A stretch of 64,000 nucleotides of DNA. Source: the human T2T-CHM13v2.0 reference genome, Homo sapiens. The position numbers and the translations under genes are program-made. Below the pieces are notes generated by a model, which saw nothing but the letters and a program-made list of their open reading frames with translations, did not search any database and was not told the DNA's origin. Below, piece by piece: positions 41,050 to 55,243 of this stretch (positions within the stretch are counted from its first letter, which is position 1; the number at the start of each line of letters is the position of its first letter). The DNA lies in the NCBI RefSeq assembly GCF_009914755.1, contig NC_060937.1. One strand, written 5' to 3'.

Positions 41050-41630
41050 CAACAACAATGGCTATGTAGTGCTTCCCATGTGTCAGGAACTGTTTTAGAA
41101 AATATACGTGTGTGTGTGTATGTATGTATATGTATGTGTGTAAATATATATGTGTGTGTGTATATATATCTACACGTGTGTATATGTGTGTGTGTATATA
41201 TATCTACACGTGTATATGTGTGTATATATATCTACACGTGTATATATGTGTGTGTCTATATATCTACACATGTATATATATGTGTGTGTGTATATATATC
41301 TACACGTGTGTATATGTGTGTGTGTATATATATCTACACGTGTATATGTGTGTCTATATATCTACACGTGTATATATGTGTGTGTCTATATATCTACACA
41401 TGTATATATGTGTGTGTGTATATATACACACACGTATAGATGTGTGTGTATATATATATTTTTCCCCTTTAGTCCTCATAGACAATTTTTGGAGTAAATA
41501 CGTTATTCTTCTTTTACAGATGAGGAAACTGAGACATGAAGAGGTTAGACAACTTGGCTAGATTACCTAGCTAGTAAATGGCAGAGCCAGGATTTGAATC
41601 CAGTCAGTCTGGCTTTTTGGTGTGCACTTT
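41050..41630 (-). mobile_element. MIR interrupted by a tandem repeat
   Basis: ttttacagatgaggaaactgagacatgaagaggttagacaacttg..gcagagccaggatttgaatcc. Confidence 0.85.
41103..41460. repeat. Minisatellite of ~28-36 bp units (TATATATCTACACGTGTATATGTGTGTG) with a 130-bp higher-order period
   Basis: Eight tatctacac cores read directly. Confidence 0.92.
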
Positions 41631-43419
41631 TAATGGAGACATATACCCCTGATGTATATCCTCTTTTCCTCTAGGACCTGCCCACTGGGGTATGGTCAGT
41701 GGAGTATAGTTAATTCTGCTTCTACGTGTCTATTCTGGCTGGAATTTCTCTTTGGCTTTTGAAGAAATAAACTTTTTTCCTTTCTTTATGTCTTTTCAAG
41801 ATTGAGTATAGTCCCTTTTATGCTAAATTTAGTTTTCAAATAATTAAATTAACTCATATAAATCACATTAAAAAGTGTTTTTACTTACTTTCCACTTTCA
41901 GTCTTATAAATTATTCAGTTAACTGTCCATGACTTTGACCTTAAATTTCCCATTTTTGTTTCTGCCTTCAAATCTCTTTGTTTAGTAGGAGTTCCTGCAG
42001 CTCTGCATGGCTGTATCTTTGGGCGGCACTCACCATAAAATGCAGTTGAAGCTATTTTGCTCTTCTCCAGGCAGACCACTATCTTCCTTTTCGATATCTT
42101 CTTTCAGATACCCATGATGACTGCTTGCATCTAAAAGTCCACTCATTGAGGGTTTTTTTTTAAATAACATCCTCCAAATATCTGAGATCTATTATTTACA
42201 TGTTGAATGAGACGTTTTGGCTCCTAAGTTATGTACACGGGTACAGAAGAGACTTGGAGAAGAAATATATAATAAATTTATTTTTCTACTGACATTGTGG
42301 CAAAACAATACAGAGACAACTATGTTCTATATATTTTTATTTTGGCAAAGATCCTTGAATCGAGGTTGGGAAAAACATTGTTAACATAAAAATGATGGAA
42401 GTGCTTATAGTAAACTAGAATGAAGACAATGAAGGTAATCATAGGCAAGGAAAATGTGATAGTTCAGGTGAAAAACAAGGAATAGCTGTATAAGATAAAT
42501 TTACAGTAAGAAATGCTGAAACATTTTGGGAAGAAGAATCACATATTTTATGGGGAGAAGCACTTATATTTGAAGAGGACATAGATTCAAAGAAAAAATA
42601 ATGAATGGAATGGAAGTATTTCATTGTATTTTATCTCTTGCTATAACAGGAAGTAAATAGACAAAATGAAATTAACACTTGGGACTCAATGCCCTGGTGG
42701 GTTTCCTGGAACCTTGCAAAAGGAAGGGCCATATGGTAAGGAGTGCCTCTGTGACAACATAGGCTCAGCTGAAATTTCAAGGATTATAAATATTCTTGTT
42801 TCATCTTATAATTTGATGACCAGCTGGCATTGGGAAGTATAACATTGCACAATTAAGTGCCTATGGGTTTAAAAAAAAAAACTTCCTCAGTAGCATCCGG
42901 ATTTGGCCCCTGAAAAACAGAATGTGGCACTACTCCAGGATAATCATTAATCTGCCTCAGTAGGGCATCTTCCCACATGGGGGCCCATCCATAATGGTCT
43001 GTTGTAGTGATCTGTCACACCATATGGGGAAAGATGAAACAAGACACTGAGCAGCAGAGGGACACACAACATAACTTGGAATCCTGGCAAAAATGGAAAA
43101 GAAGGAAGGAAGCATTGCGTATCATCTGTCCACCTAGCTGAGTAGAGGTCAAGTAGTTAATTACATGCCCATTGCTAGGTCTCAGAGTATCATACAGACA
43201 TAGAGGGGAAAGAGAACCAGCAGGGAGAGTAAATCAGTGTTTCTGGAGAGGTACCAAATTAAATATTAGGGACCAGTTGAATGGGAGAGAATGAAGCTCC
43301 TGGAAGCCACTGCTATGCTATGTATACAGTGCCTGCTCATGTAGCAGGGGGATTACAGACAAGGGCTATAGGGATAGGATATAAAGCCATGAGTGTGTCT
43401 AACCGTTCTTTATTATGGT

Positions 43420-43632
43420 AGTTGATGAACTCTATGCCCTTTTACAGTTCAGTTTTTACCTATCCCTTGTCCCACCCTATGCTGCAGCCACACCAAACTA
43501 CTTACAGTAATTCACATTTGTCTACTTGTTAGAGCTCAGGCCTGTCTGGAAGAGGAAGAAATGAATAGTTAGATGGGTAGTTGAGTGGGTCAGACGAATG
43601 CATGCATGCATGAATGAATAAATGCTTGCATG
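43420..43632 (+). mobile_element. L2 relic with (GAAT/GCAT)n tail
   Basis: tgctgcagccacaccaaactactt; gaatgcatgcatgcatgaatgaat. Confidence 0.45.
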
Positions 43633-45499
43633 CAGCAACACTTCCCATAACAAGTCAGCTACTTAGCACAAATGGTGGCAGTTAGAGCGTTCATCTCCTG
43701 GAAACAGAGTAGGCAGGATGCTAAAGCAGGGCAGTAGCAGGTGAGGTGGGGTAGTAGACATAGTAAAGAGAAAAAAAATGATATTTTGGGGGAAATTGTG
43801 TGATTTTCTTATTTAAATCAGAACTTTCCCCATATAATCTACTTTTCCATGGTGCTTCAATTATTTAATACATGGTTTTCCATTAGCTTGCAACATTTTA
43901 AAACAGCAATCAAAGGTACATTTTTAATGCAACATGTAGGATTCATAGACTAACAGGTGTTAGGAAATGCAGACTGGGAAATGATTGCAATCAAATGGGA
44001 TAGACGGTATTACAGCACATACTCCCTCAACCTTCTCCAGGTAAAACTGAACTAATGTCAGCTCAGCTGCAGCAGTGACAAAAGGGTTTGGTGACTGGGG
44101 GGAAGGAGAAGGGGTAAATAACCTGTCTTTAACCTTTCAGGAGATGGAGCTCACTCAGCAGGCAGGACCTCAGGGCTATGGGAGAGCAACTGCACTGTGC
44201 AAGCACAGCCAACAGGAAGTGAATGCAAACACATTCTCCTCAACATAAACACACACAGACTTCACCTATGGCTGAACTTCTGCCCTTGGGTGACCAACAC
44301 CATTAGGACGCGGGTCAAAAGGTTGTAGTGTGACAGAAAATGCAGCCTTATTGAATGAAAGAGAAAATGAAAAATTCTTTTGTTTGCTTCACTTTGTGGT
44401 TTGTATAGCTACTGTGATGTCATAATGGAGTCCAGAGTGGGAAAAAGAAGTCCCTGCTATATCGCTGTCTGAGAAAGGCAGTCGGAAATTGTTAGGCATG
44501 AAAGAAAAAGTCGTATGGAAGACCTACACAAAATAAAAGCAAGTCTCATTACTTTTCAAGGGGAGTGTAGAAGCGATTAGTCTCTGATGATAATAAGGTA
44601 TGAGAGCAATGTCAGAAAATTTCTCTTCCCATTATGCAGAGGATGGAGGAAATACAGATGCAGAGACACAGCTTGCTGACACACTCCCCTCCCTGCCTCT
44701 CCAAGGCACCCTCATCACAGTAGGCCAGGAAAAAAAATCTTATGCTTAAAGCTGTATGATCTGGGAGCACATTATATATATATTTATATATACACTTGTA
44801 CACACACAAAAAAAATGTGTGTGTGTTCAAATATGTATGTATGTGGTATGTGTGTGTATTTCCAAATACATATATACAAATCATGTACAAAAAGGCATGT
44901 AAATATGAAGCTTACCCAGCAGATTGCATAACCTCACAAAGTGTAAGAACTGGAGATCTCATGGTGTGTTTGGCTATTACCATCCGTTCAAAATTTGAGC
45001 AAATTTGCAAGTTCTGGATGATTCTATTCCAGAATGTTTCTTCAGGGTAAAAAATTCTGATCATTTATCAGGGTAAAAACTTCTGACCATTTGACTGAGA
45101 ATAGCCTGTGTTCAAATTCAATCTATCATTCTGTTGGTAAAGATTACATTTAAACAAAAAAAGAGACTACGTTGCATTGCTGAGCTTGTGGAATTCCAAA
45201 ATGTCTGATTTTATTCTAGAACCTCTATTACTATGTGCCTTCTGATAGGTTGGATTTTAGGAACATATTGTTTCCTCTTACTATCTGAGCAAGTAATGAA
45301 CTATTGATTTTCAAAATGAATTTATATTCGAGATAATTGAGCAGGTTTTTGGAAACACATAATACTATTATTTTTTAATGCAGTTTTCAGTAATCTGAAT
45401 TAGAGCATTCATGATTTTTGTTTCTTAGGGTACCCCCCATGTAAAACTGCCACAAGCTCTCAGAAGTGAGACTTTAGCTCCTTACAAATGCTGAGCAGA

Positions 45500-45640
45500 C
45501 GTGAACACCCTCCTGGGAGATTGATGAGTCCTATTAACCTTGTTGCATAGATGGAAACTCAGAAACAAAGTGACTCTGAGGATTAAGAGGAAGTCAATGT
45601 CAGCACCAGGATTAGAATTCACACTTGCCTGGTTTCTCAG
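45500..45640 (-). mobile_element. MIR relic
   Basis: tgcatagatggaaactcagaaac..caggattagaattcac. Confidence 0.5.
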
Positions 45641-45894
45641 CCCACAACCAGCTCCCCCATGGATTCCTGCTTTGTCTCCCTCCCCAAGTGAGGGGACAGG
45701 GTGTTTCCAAACTTTAAAAGAATCCTGTTATCCTCAGGCCTCTGCCTTGTAGGAAGATCCTTTCTTTTAATAAATTACAGAGCTGAGAAGTGACTTTGAG
45801 GTGATTTATTCTAATCTCCCTATTTTATAAGTGGGAACAAGGTCATAAAAATGCTAGAAACAATAAGAATGCCCAGTTTGCAGAAATATAATCG

Positions 45895-46070
45895 AGAGGC
45901 AAGTGGGTGTAGTGAAAAGTACTGGATAGAATAGGCTTTGGGGGCCTGGGTTTGAAGACTGGCTTTGAATCACTGAGCCTCAGTTTCTTGTCTGTAAAAT
46001 GTAGAAAGCAATATTGCCTTCAGTGTTCTATGAAGATTAAATATGTGAAGTACATAGACGTTGTAGGCAC
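45895..46070 (+). mobile_element. MIR
   Basis: ctgagcctcagtttcttgtctgtaaaatg..tgaagattaaat. Confidence 0.7.
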
Positions 46071-46445
46071 TTCTTCAATTTTTTTGGCCATCCATGTTTT
46101 CATCTTCTTTCCTGTTGTACTTCTAAAATTTTTCTCTGTGAGAAAAACAATATTCAAATGTTCCCACTTAAGGGTTTAATCCCAGGTCAGTGGGATTTTG
46201 TGAGACTTTAGTTTTGGAACTTCGTTGAACCCAGTGTCAGGAATTAAGACCTGACTGTAGCCCTTGGCAGTTTAATGCCCAGAGTTTTCAGTGTTTTTCT
46301 CCAAGGTTAGCATTTGAAGAGCCCCCACACATAGAGTCCAGGGGGCCAGGCAGGCAGGTAGGTAGTCTGTGGAGTGGGGGTCACATCGAGTGTCAAAGTT
46401 CTGGAAGGTGTCACTCAATGGATGGGCACCGATGCAGATCCATAA

Positions 46446-46809
<364 letters not shown>

Positions 46810-47445
46810 CACTCCCCCATTCTCTTTTGCCAGTCCTCCAGAAGAACATCTACTTCTCACTAGACTAGCACACTCTTTGTTCTCTAATGAATCACTAAGC
46901 ATACTTTGCCTTATTTCCTCCAAAAGGGGATTAGCAATTCATCTTCATGAGTCTGAAATGGGCACAATATCTTCTTTTACTCTTCAATTTTGAACTGGGA
47001 ATTTCCAGCCAAAAACCTTGAGAGGATGTTTGGAGGAGGAGGGCACAGAAAGGAGACCTCTGCCAAGGAAGAAGAATCTCTGGCCTTCGGCCTCCTGGAG
47101 GGGTCTCTAGGCTTATACATTTAAACTATGCAAAACCAGAATGGCCACCAGGAGGGAGGATTTAGAGCAGGAAGGACTGGGAAATTTTTAAGAAATAATC
47201 CTCTCCACATAATGAGATTATTGTACTCATAACGATGACTGAACATCTTCTAAGTGCTGTGCTCTGTGCTGTGCTGTTCAGATACAATGTCTCATTTAAT
47301 TATCAAAATGACTTTCAAAAAACTAAAAATACAACTACCATTTAGCAATCCCACTACTGTGTATATACACAAATGGAAAGAAGGCATTACATCAAAAAGA
47401 CACCTAGCTGTACCTGCATGTTTATTGCAGCATTGTTCACAACAT

Positions 47446-49003
47446 TGATGGCAGCAGTGCCTATCTAGAGTGGCCGCTGCCAAGACCCTGGCTGCAGTAG
47501 GGAGGTGGGTTGGGCCTTCTGCTCCATGGAGCAGGCAAGAGCCTCGCCCTCCTGGGTCTCTGCAGTCAGTACCCTCAGGGGTCAAGAAGGCCCACCTGCC
47601 CTACCCCCATCTCCACAGGCTGGGGGTGTCTGCTCCTGCTGCCTGGCCTTTCCTTGCTTGTGGTGCCTGCTCCAATCTCAGAGCAGTGTTGGGGCCGAAT
47701 TCGGGCACTTTCACAGCCTGGTTGGGTGTGCGCACACTTGGGGCAGTGCTGACATGCCAGCCCCCTGCTACCTCAGCCCCCTCTGGGCTTTGGGTGTCAA
47801 GGAGCACAGGAGGGGAAGCTGAGCAGGTGCTGAGGGAAGCTCGGCACTGGCCTACAAGTTCCCCTTGGTGCAAGCAGCCTGGGCACCATGGATGGCTGTA
47901 GGAGGTGGACAGGCTCCTGGGTGGAAGAAGGCAGGTCCCCAGTGAAGCCCCTCCTTCAGGCTCAGGGAAGGCCTGAAGCCTGGGGACCAGGCTGCCAGTC
48001 CTGCCTACCAGAGGAGGAACTCATAGTGCTTTTTCCTGGGACTGCCCATGGCTGCCCATGGACCAATCAGGATGCACTTCCCCGCACTGGGGCCCATAAG
48101 AGCCCCAGGCTCAGCCAGAGCAAGGCTGACAACAGGTCTACCAACTGCAGAGAGGAGCTATGCTTTCTGCTGATAGCTGGAGAAAGTTGGGACAACCAGA
48201 AGCAGAGAGGAGCTTCCTACCCCAGGGATGACCTGCCTGCAGAGAGGAGTAGCCCACTCCAGGGCCTCCTTTCTGCTAAGAGCTGCATAGATGATGGGAT
48301 GACTTGTCAGCAGAGAGGAGCCACCCACCCCAGGACCTCCCTATCTCTACTGAGCTGTTTACTGCTCAGTAAGGCTCCTCTTCTTCTTGCTCACTTTCCA
48401 CTTATCTGCATGCTTCATTCTTATTGGTTGCAGGACAAGAACTTGGGGCCTGCTGAATGGCAAGGCTAGAAGAGCTGTAACACAAACTGGGCTCAAACAT
48501 GCCACTTGCTCACCACATTGCAGGAGAAGAGATGGGGAGAAGAGCTGCAGCCCTTCAGGGAGCCCAGACCTGGGAACTTCCTGAGCTGGGGCTGTGACTC
48601 CTTCTTTGGGGCCCTGCATTTCCTGGCATCTCTAAGCTTCCAGATGCCACTGCATTCCCCAGTGCCAGCTGGGGAAGCTGCTTGCAGTGTGCCTGGTCCA
48701 GCTGCAGCCTCGCAGAGAGCTGGCACCTGTGCTGGCACCTGGAGCTGCCTGCCCCACTGTACCAGCCAGCAGACTGTGCACAGTGGCCAGACCCCATGCT
48801 CTCTCCCTCACACACCCCTCACTGCTCCATGCCTGGCTTGCCCTTGGCAGGCGTGGGACCCAGGCTAGTAGTGTGAGTTGAGTACAGCCTGCCAGGCCAA
48901 GTGGGCAGAACAAGCTAAGCAGGCCCGAGCAAAAGTCAAGCAAATGCACCACTGGCCACAGAGATTTCCAGCCAGAAAAGCAACACCCCAAAGATCCCAT
49001 AAC
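47446..49003 (+). mobile_element. MER52-family ERV1 solo LTR (~1.55 kb, GC-rich)
   Basis: Starts tgatggcagcagtgcctatctagagtggccgctgccaagac; ends cagagatttccagccagaaaagcaacacccc..taac; CCAAT (gaccaatcag) and cataaga TATA-like motifs near 48061-48100. Confidence 0.85.
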
Positions 49004-49402
49004 CATAGCAAAGGTATGGAATGAACCTAAGTGTCCATCAATGGAGAACTGGATAAAGAAAATGTGGTATATATGTACCATGGAATACTACTCAGCCATG
49101 AAAAGAACGAAATCATGTCTTTTGCAGCAACATGGATTGAACTGGAGGCCATTATCCTAAGTGAAATAACTCAGACACAGAAAGTCAAATACTGCTTCTC
49201 ACAAGTGGGAGCTAAACAATGGGTACACATGGGTATACAGAGCAGAATAATAGACACATGGCACTCCAAAAGGTGAGAGGTGAGAGGGGCTAGGGCTCGA
49301 AAAATTACTTATTGAGTACAACGTTCATTATTTAGGAGATGGGTTCACTGAACAACTAGACTTCACCACTGTGGAATGTATGCATCTAAGAAATCTGCAC
49401 TT

Positions 49403-49757
<355 letters not shown>

Positions 49758-51748
49758 TTAAGAAAAAACAGCTTTGAGGTAGTTCTATCATTACCACCAT
49801 TTTGCAGATGAGGGGCTGTGGTGCAGAAAGCTGGACATGGGTTTCAGGTCACAGATCTTAGAGACTGCACAGCAAAGATTCAAATCCAGAGGAGTCTGTC
49901 TTCAGTCTGAGCTCTTGACCGCCATGTCTTACCAGTGGTCTGTCAATCTTGGCTTAAGTAAACAAATGCATTCTCTTTTCCTTCCTTCATCTCATCCTTC
50001 AGTGCCTACCAATGCCCCTCTCCTGATCTGAAAAACAGATCTGCTTTTCTGCCTGCTCCTCAGTCTATCCTCAAAGGCCTGGGCCAGCAGTGTGCATAGA
50101 GTCTGAAAAGGCATCACACAATGTGCCTTTGGCTCCCAGGTGGCAGCCCACTCACCTGGGCTGATGGCTCAGTGTGACTGGGATTTGGGTGTGATGGGGG
50201 ATGAACCAATTTGGGGGGAATTAGTTGGCAGTGCCAGGCTACGATATTTGGGAGCTTACGAACAAGTGGGCCATGACAGTGTCTCTCACAGCTACGCTTG
50301 GAATAAAAGCAAGTGAGGAATGTGCTGAGTGTGCATTACCCAGCGTGGACGGAGCCCTCTCAGTCTACCCTCAAGGCCATTTTTTGTGCACACACACCCC
50401 ACCCCCCACCCTCATGGGATTCAGGGCACTCTTGTCTCACCTACAACAGTTCTGTCATCACAAAATCTGCTACTAAGATTTTATTTGCAAGGCTTAGGTT
50501 TGGGACTTTCTGGGGCCAAAATATTTCTATCGTTTTTCACTTCTTAAAGGCTAGACAGAGCAGACTTCAAGCCTACTCTCTTGATCTGTTATTTTGCTCT
50601 TAGTGATCTGTTTAGGTTTTTCTCTGTGGGTAATTGTGCGATGTTTTAAAGATGCCTGAAGGCGTCTTGACCGTGACTTGATAGGGTCTGACTTCAGAGG
50701 GTCTCATAGTCTCCCTGAGTTCTTTAAAGGCTCTAGTAACTGGTACAGTCTTAAAAATATGCAGCCATTTCTCCAAAGCTTGCCTATTGGTTTGGGAGCA
50801 TTTTAAATGGCAGATGCTTTTGATCCACCTTTCTTCTGTCTCTGAGATGACTCCCACCCACTGCACGTGGTCTATGCACAGGTTATCAAACCGGAATTGA
50901 CCTCCCCACAGAGAAGGGAGGTTAAAAAAAAAAAAAAAAGACACGGAAATCCTCTTTCTTTTTATTGTTGTCCACTATTACTCACCTCATATAATAAACG
51001 GGCAGCTCTTTCTTTGGTCTTCCCCTTGAGGCTGCTGTATTTAAAAATCTAAAGAATGCAAAGAATGCTTACTGTGAACTATAAGAGTATCTTTCAGCCA
51101 CAAATGCTCTTGCCACCTCTTAGCTTCCAGGCAAAGATACACTTGTAAGGGAAAGGCAGCCAGAAGTATGGGGGCCTGAGGTGGGGGTATATGTGGGGGC
51201 TGAGGGTTGATATTAATGGAGTTTGTTCTCCTTTTCTCCCTCAGACAGGCTTTATCATTTTCTGTCTTGAAAAATTACTAAGTAGCATTTGAAATAAACT
51301 CCCCCAGGGAAAATGACATGGATATTGTGAATTTTAGGTAAAAATCACTTTCTGCCTCTCTGCATGATTAATTCTTCTTAATATCTTCTTTTCCAAATAT
51401 CATGTTAAAAACAGTATTGCGTTTACATATAGTCTTAAATAACCATGGTTAATAGCAGAAGAAAGATAGTTCTTTGTCTGACTAAAGCAAGTAACTTTTT
51501 CAGTGCAAAGTATCAGTTGTAGGGCTGGAGACAGTGGAAGTTGCTGTTCTGCCCTCTGTTTCTAGAAAAATAAAGTTTTTCTGAGACTAAAAAGGAAGCA
51601 GAGGACACAATTCTGAAAGGAGGAAAGTTTTCCTATTGATGATTAGGACTTTAACTTTACCCTGGAAATAATGAGCTTGGTTCTTTCTTTTATCCTCAGG
51701 AAGACTTAAGAGATACCTTAAGTTTGTTTTGCCCCTTTCTTCTTTCAG

Positions 51749-51873
51749 AGATCCTGCACTTCACTATACTAATGCCAACGTGGGGAGAACTGGTTTCTTT
51801 ACAACCCAGAGAGCCCAATGGAAAGTGGTATTCTTTGTCTCCGCAAAACTAAAATAACAAGTGTTTCTTGCAG
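51749..51873 (+). other. Candidate 125-nt non-coding exon
   Basis: Strong acceptor ttgttttgcccctttcttctttcag, donor CAG|gtaata; stop codons in all three frames; motif evidence only. Confidence 0.4.
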
Positions 51874-52079
51874 GTAATAAGGCACAAGTGTAGGCCACAC
51901 AGAAACGGTGACCCAATCTGGGCACAAATGGGACTCTTTGCCATTTTAGGATGTCCTGTTGGAATTTCAAAGAGCTGAAACCAAGGTCAGAGCTGGTCAT
52001 ATTTAGGAAACAATCCTCTAACAACCTTCGCTTTGCCTGACCTGTTTCACGTAGTATAGTCCAGATTCATTTGTTTCCA

Positions 52080-52390
52080 CTTCCTTGCCTGGAATGCCTT
52101 CCTTTCCTTTAATGAGTTTGAGTCTGGTCCTTTCTTCCAATATGCTGCTCCAGTTTTACCTACTTGCAAAAGCCTTTCAAAGTTTCCAATTCCTAGTCTC
52201 GAGGGATTGCCTTTTTCTCTGGATTCCTATGCCCCTTGGATCTCTAGTTCATGCATTCAGCCAGTCATTCATGATGTTCCCTCTCTCTGGGATGCTCTTC
52301 TCCCAGGTCTTTGCATGGCTGGCTTCTTCTCACTCAACTGAAATGCCACTTTCAGTTTCCCTCACTACCATTCTAAAGTAGGAGCCTTTT
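52080..52390 (+). mobile_element. L2 relic
   Basis: cttgcctggaatgccttcc; tgttccctctctctgggatgctcttctcccaggtctttgcatggctggcttcttctca. Confidence 0.7.
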
Positions 52391-53254
52391 CTGTATATTC
52401 AGAGACTGTTGAGTTGAGACAGATCTGAAGATGGAAGATACTAGATCCACACCCGTTAGTGTAAGAAACAGAGAAATTTCCTGGAAATTTCTGGTGGCTA
52501 AAATATGTGAGATGCAAATGTGTATTTTAAGGATGGTAGTTTAATGTGAATAAGCAGGAAAGACTGTGTGTTTAGCTCATATTAATCTCTGGGGTCTTCC
52601 CCTAGTTGTTCTCTGGATGAGGTTTCTTAGTATTGAGGATTGACAGAGGGTGTACCTAACCTGAAGAAGTAAGGAAAGTAAAACCTTAAATGCCAGTAAA
52701 CATCATACAGTTTAGGTTGAAAAACTCTTGTAGCTCATTAAAAGGGTTCACAGGAAGGTTTCAAAAGCAGGGTATTGAACCAGAAATGTAGGTCTGGGGA
52801 AATGAAACCTAAGCGTAAGATAAATGGAAGTGAGAAGTAGAAATAGGAATTAGAAAGAAAGTAGTGTGAAAATGGAATAGCTATGGGAGAAAATTGTTTA
52901 CAGTGCCATTGGGGTGCACATCCTACTTTTGTAAAGAAAAGTTTAAAATAACATCTTTATTAACATATAGTTCACATATCATATAATCACCCATTTAAAG
53001 TGCACAATTCAAAGGTTTTTAGTATATTCACAGATACATGTCACCATCACCACAGCCAAAATTAGAACATTTTTATCACCTCATAAAGAAGCCCCATATT
53101 TTTTAGCTACTACCCCCCATCCCTCCTATCTCCAGACAAACACTGAAGTGCCTTCTGTCTTTATGGATTTGCCTGTTCAGGATATTTCATGTAAATGGAA
53201 TTATATAATACATAGTCTTTGTCTTATGTAATTTCCTTCTTTCCCTTAACATAA

Positions 53255-53607
<353 letters not shown>

Positions 53608-55243
53608 GCAGTACTTCCTTTTTATGGCCAAATAATGTTTCATCGTATGGATGGATGTATAATGTTTTGTTTGGTCATTGATCAGTTGATAGACATTTGG
53701 GTTGTTTCTACCTTTTGGCTATTATGAATAATGCTGGTATAAATATTCATGTATGGGTTTTTGTGTGGATGTATGTTTTCATCTTCCCTGGTAGATATCT
53801 AGGAGTAAAATTTTGAGTCACATGGTAACTCTATGCTTAACCTTCTGAGGAGCTGCCAGACTGTTTTACACAGTAGCTGCACCATTTTCCATTCTCACCA
53901 GCAGTCTGTAAGGATTCTGATTTTTCCACATCCTTGTCAACACTTGCTCTTATCTAACTTTTTGAGTATAGATATCCTGGTGGGTGTGAAATGGCATCGT
54001 GTTGTCGTTTTGGTTTTGATTTCTCTGATGACTAATGACATCAAGCATACTTTTATACATTTATGACTTCTTTGGAGAAATGTTTATTCAAATCTTTTAC
54101 CCAATTTTTAAAATTAGGCTTTTATTATTTTTATTATAGAATTATATGAGTTCTTTATATATTTTAGATGTAAGTCTCCTATCAGATATATGATTTCAAT
54201 TTTTTTCTCTCATTCTGTGGATTGTCTTTTTACTTTCTTGACCATATTCTTTGAAGCAGAAAAGCTTTAATTTTGATGAAGTCTATTGTTTTGGACTATT
54301 TTTTCTTTTTCTGCTCATGCTTTTGGTGTCATAACTAAGAATGTATTACCAACTGCAAGATCACAAAAATTTACCTCCATATTTTATTCTAAGAGTTGTA
54401 TTGTTTTCACTCATATATTTAGGTGTTTGACTCCCATTGAGTTAATTTCTATATATAGTGTAAGTTAGAGGTTCGATTTCATTCTTTGGCATGTGGCTAC
54501 CTTGTTGTTCCAGCATCCTTTGTTGAAAAGATCGTTCTTTTCTCTTTAAAAAGCTTGGAACGCTTGTCAAAAATCAGTGCACCATAGGCAGATGGATTTA
54601 ATTCTAGATTCTTGATTCTATTCCATTTCTCTGTATGTTTGTCCTTATGACAGTGCCACACTGTCTTGATTACTGTTGATTTGTAGTAAGTTTTGACACT
54701 GAGAAGTTTGAGTCCTCCAACTTTATCCTTCTGTTTCAAGACTTTTTTAAATAGCTTTTTTGGGTACCTTGCAATTCCATATAATTTTAAAGTCAGCTTG
54801 TCAATTTCTACAGAAAAAGCTAGCTGTGATTGTGATAGAGATTGCATTGAACCTATAGATGAACTTGAGGAACATTGCCATCTCTATAATATTAAATCTT
54901 CTGATTCATGAACATGGGTTATTTTTAATTTATTGAAATCATTTAAAATTTCTTTTAACAATATTTTGAAGTCCTCAAAATATAAATTTTGCATTTTTTG
55001 TTAAATATTTTTCTAAGTATTTTATTGTTTCTGATTTTTTAAATTTTTTAAATTTTATTTTTAGATTGTTAATTGCAATTGTATAGAAATACAATTGATT
55101 TTTGTATATTGATCTTCTAACCTGCAAATTTGCTGAACTCATTACTTCTAATTATTTTTTAAAGTAAATTTCTTGGGATTTTTAATGACAAGATCATGTC
55201 ATCTGCAGATATAATTTTATTTCATTCTTTTCAATTTTGGTAC

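Noticed and set aside
41103-41460. CRISPR-like periodicity
   Set aside because: No unique spacers and no cas genes; it is a eukaryotic minisatellite
41020-41561. Three overlapping 115-149 aa Cys/Val/Tyr/Ile ORFs
   Set aside because: Artefact of a stop-free (TG/TA) tandem repeat
44410-44600. Box C/D-like words (gtgatgt, ctga, tgatga)
   Set aside because: Boxes are imperfect or in the wrong order, with no clear terminal stem or guide sequence
47142-47160. CTCF-like tggccaccaggaggga (and cagccccctggaga at 22340)
   Set aside because: Only partial matches; key 3' core positions differ and cannot be judged without a PWM score
47292-49081. Dense cluster of ORFs up to 193 aa on both strands
   Set aside because: Within the GC-rich MER52 LTR; no gag/pol/env motifs
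50612-50944. 110-aa minus-strand ORF in unique DNA
   Set aside because: Non-ATG start running through a poly-A tract; no recognisable domain
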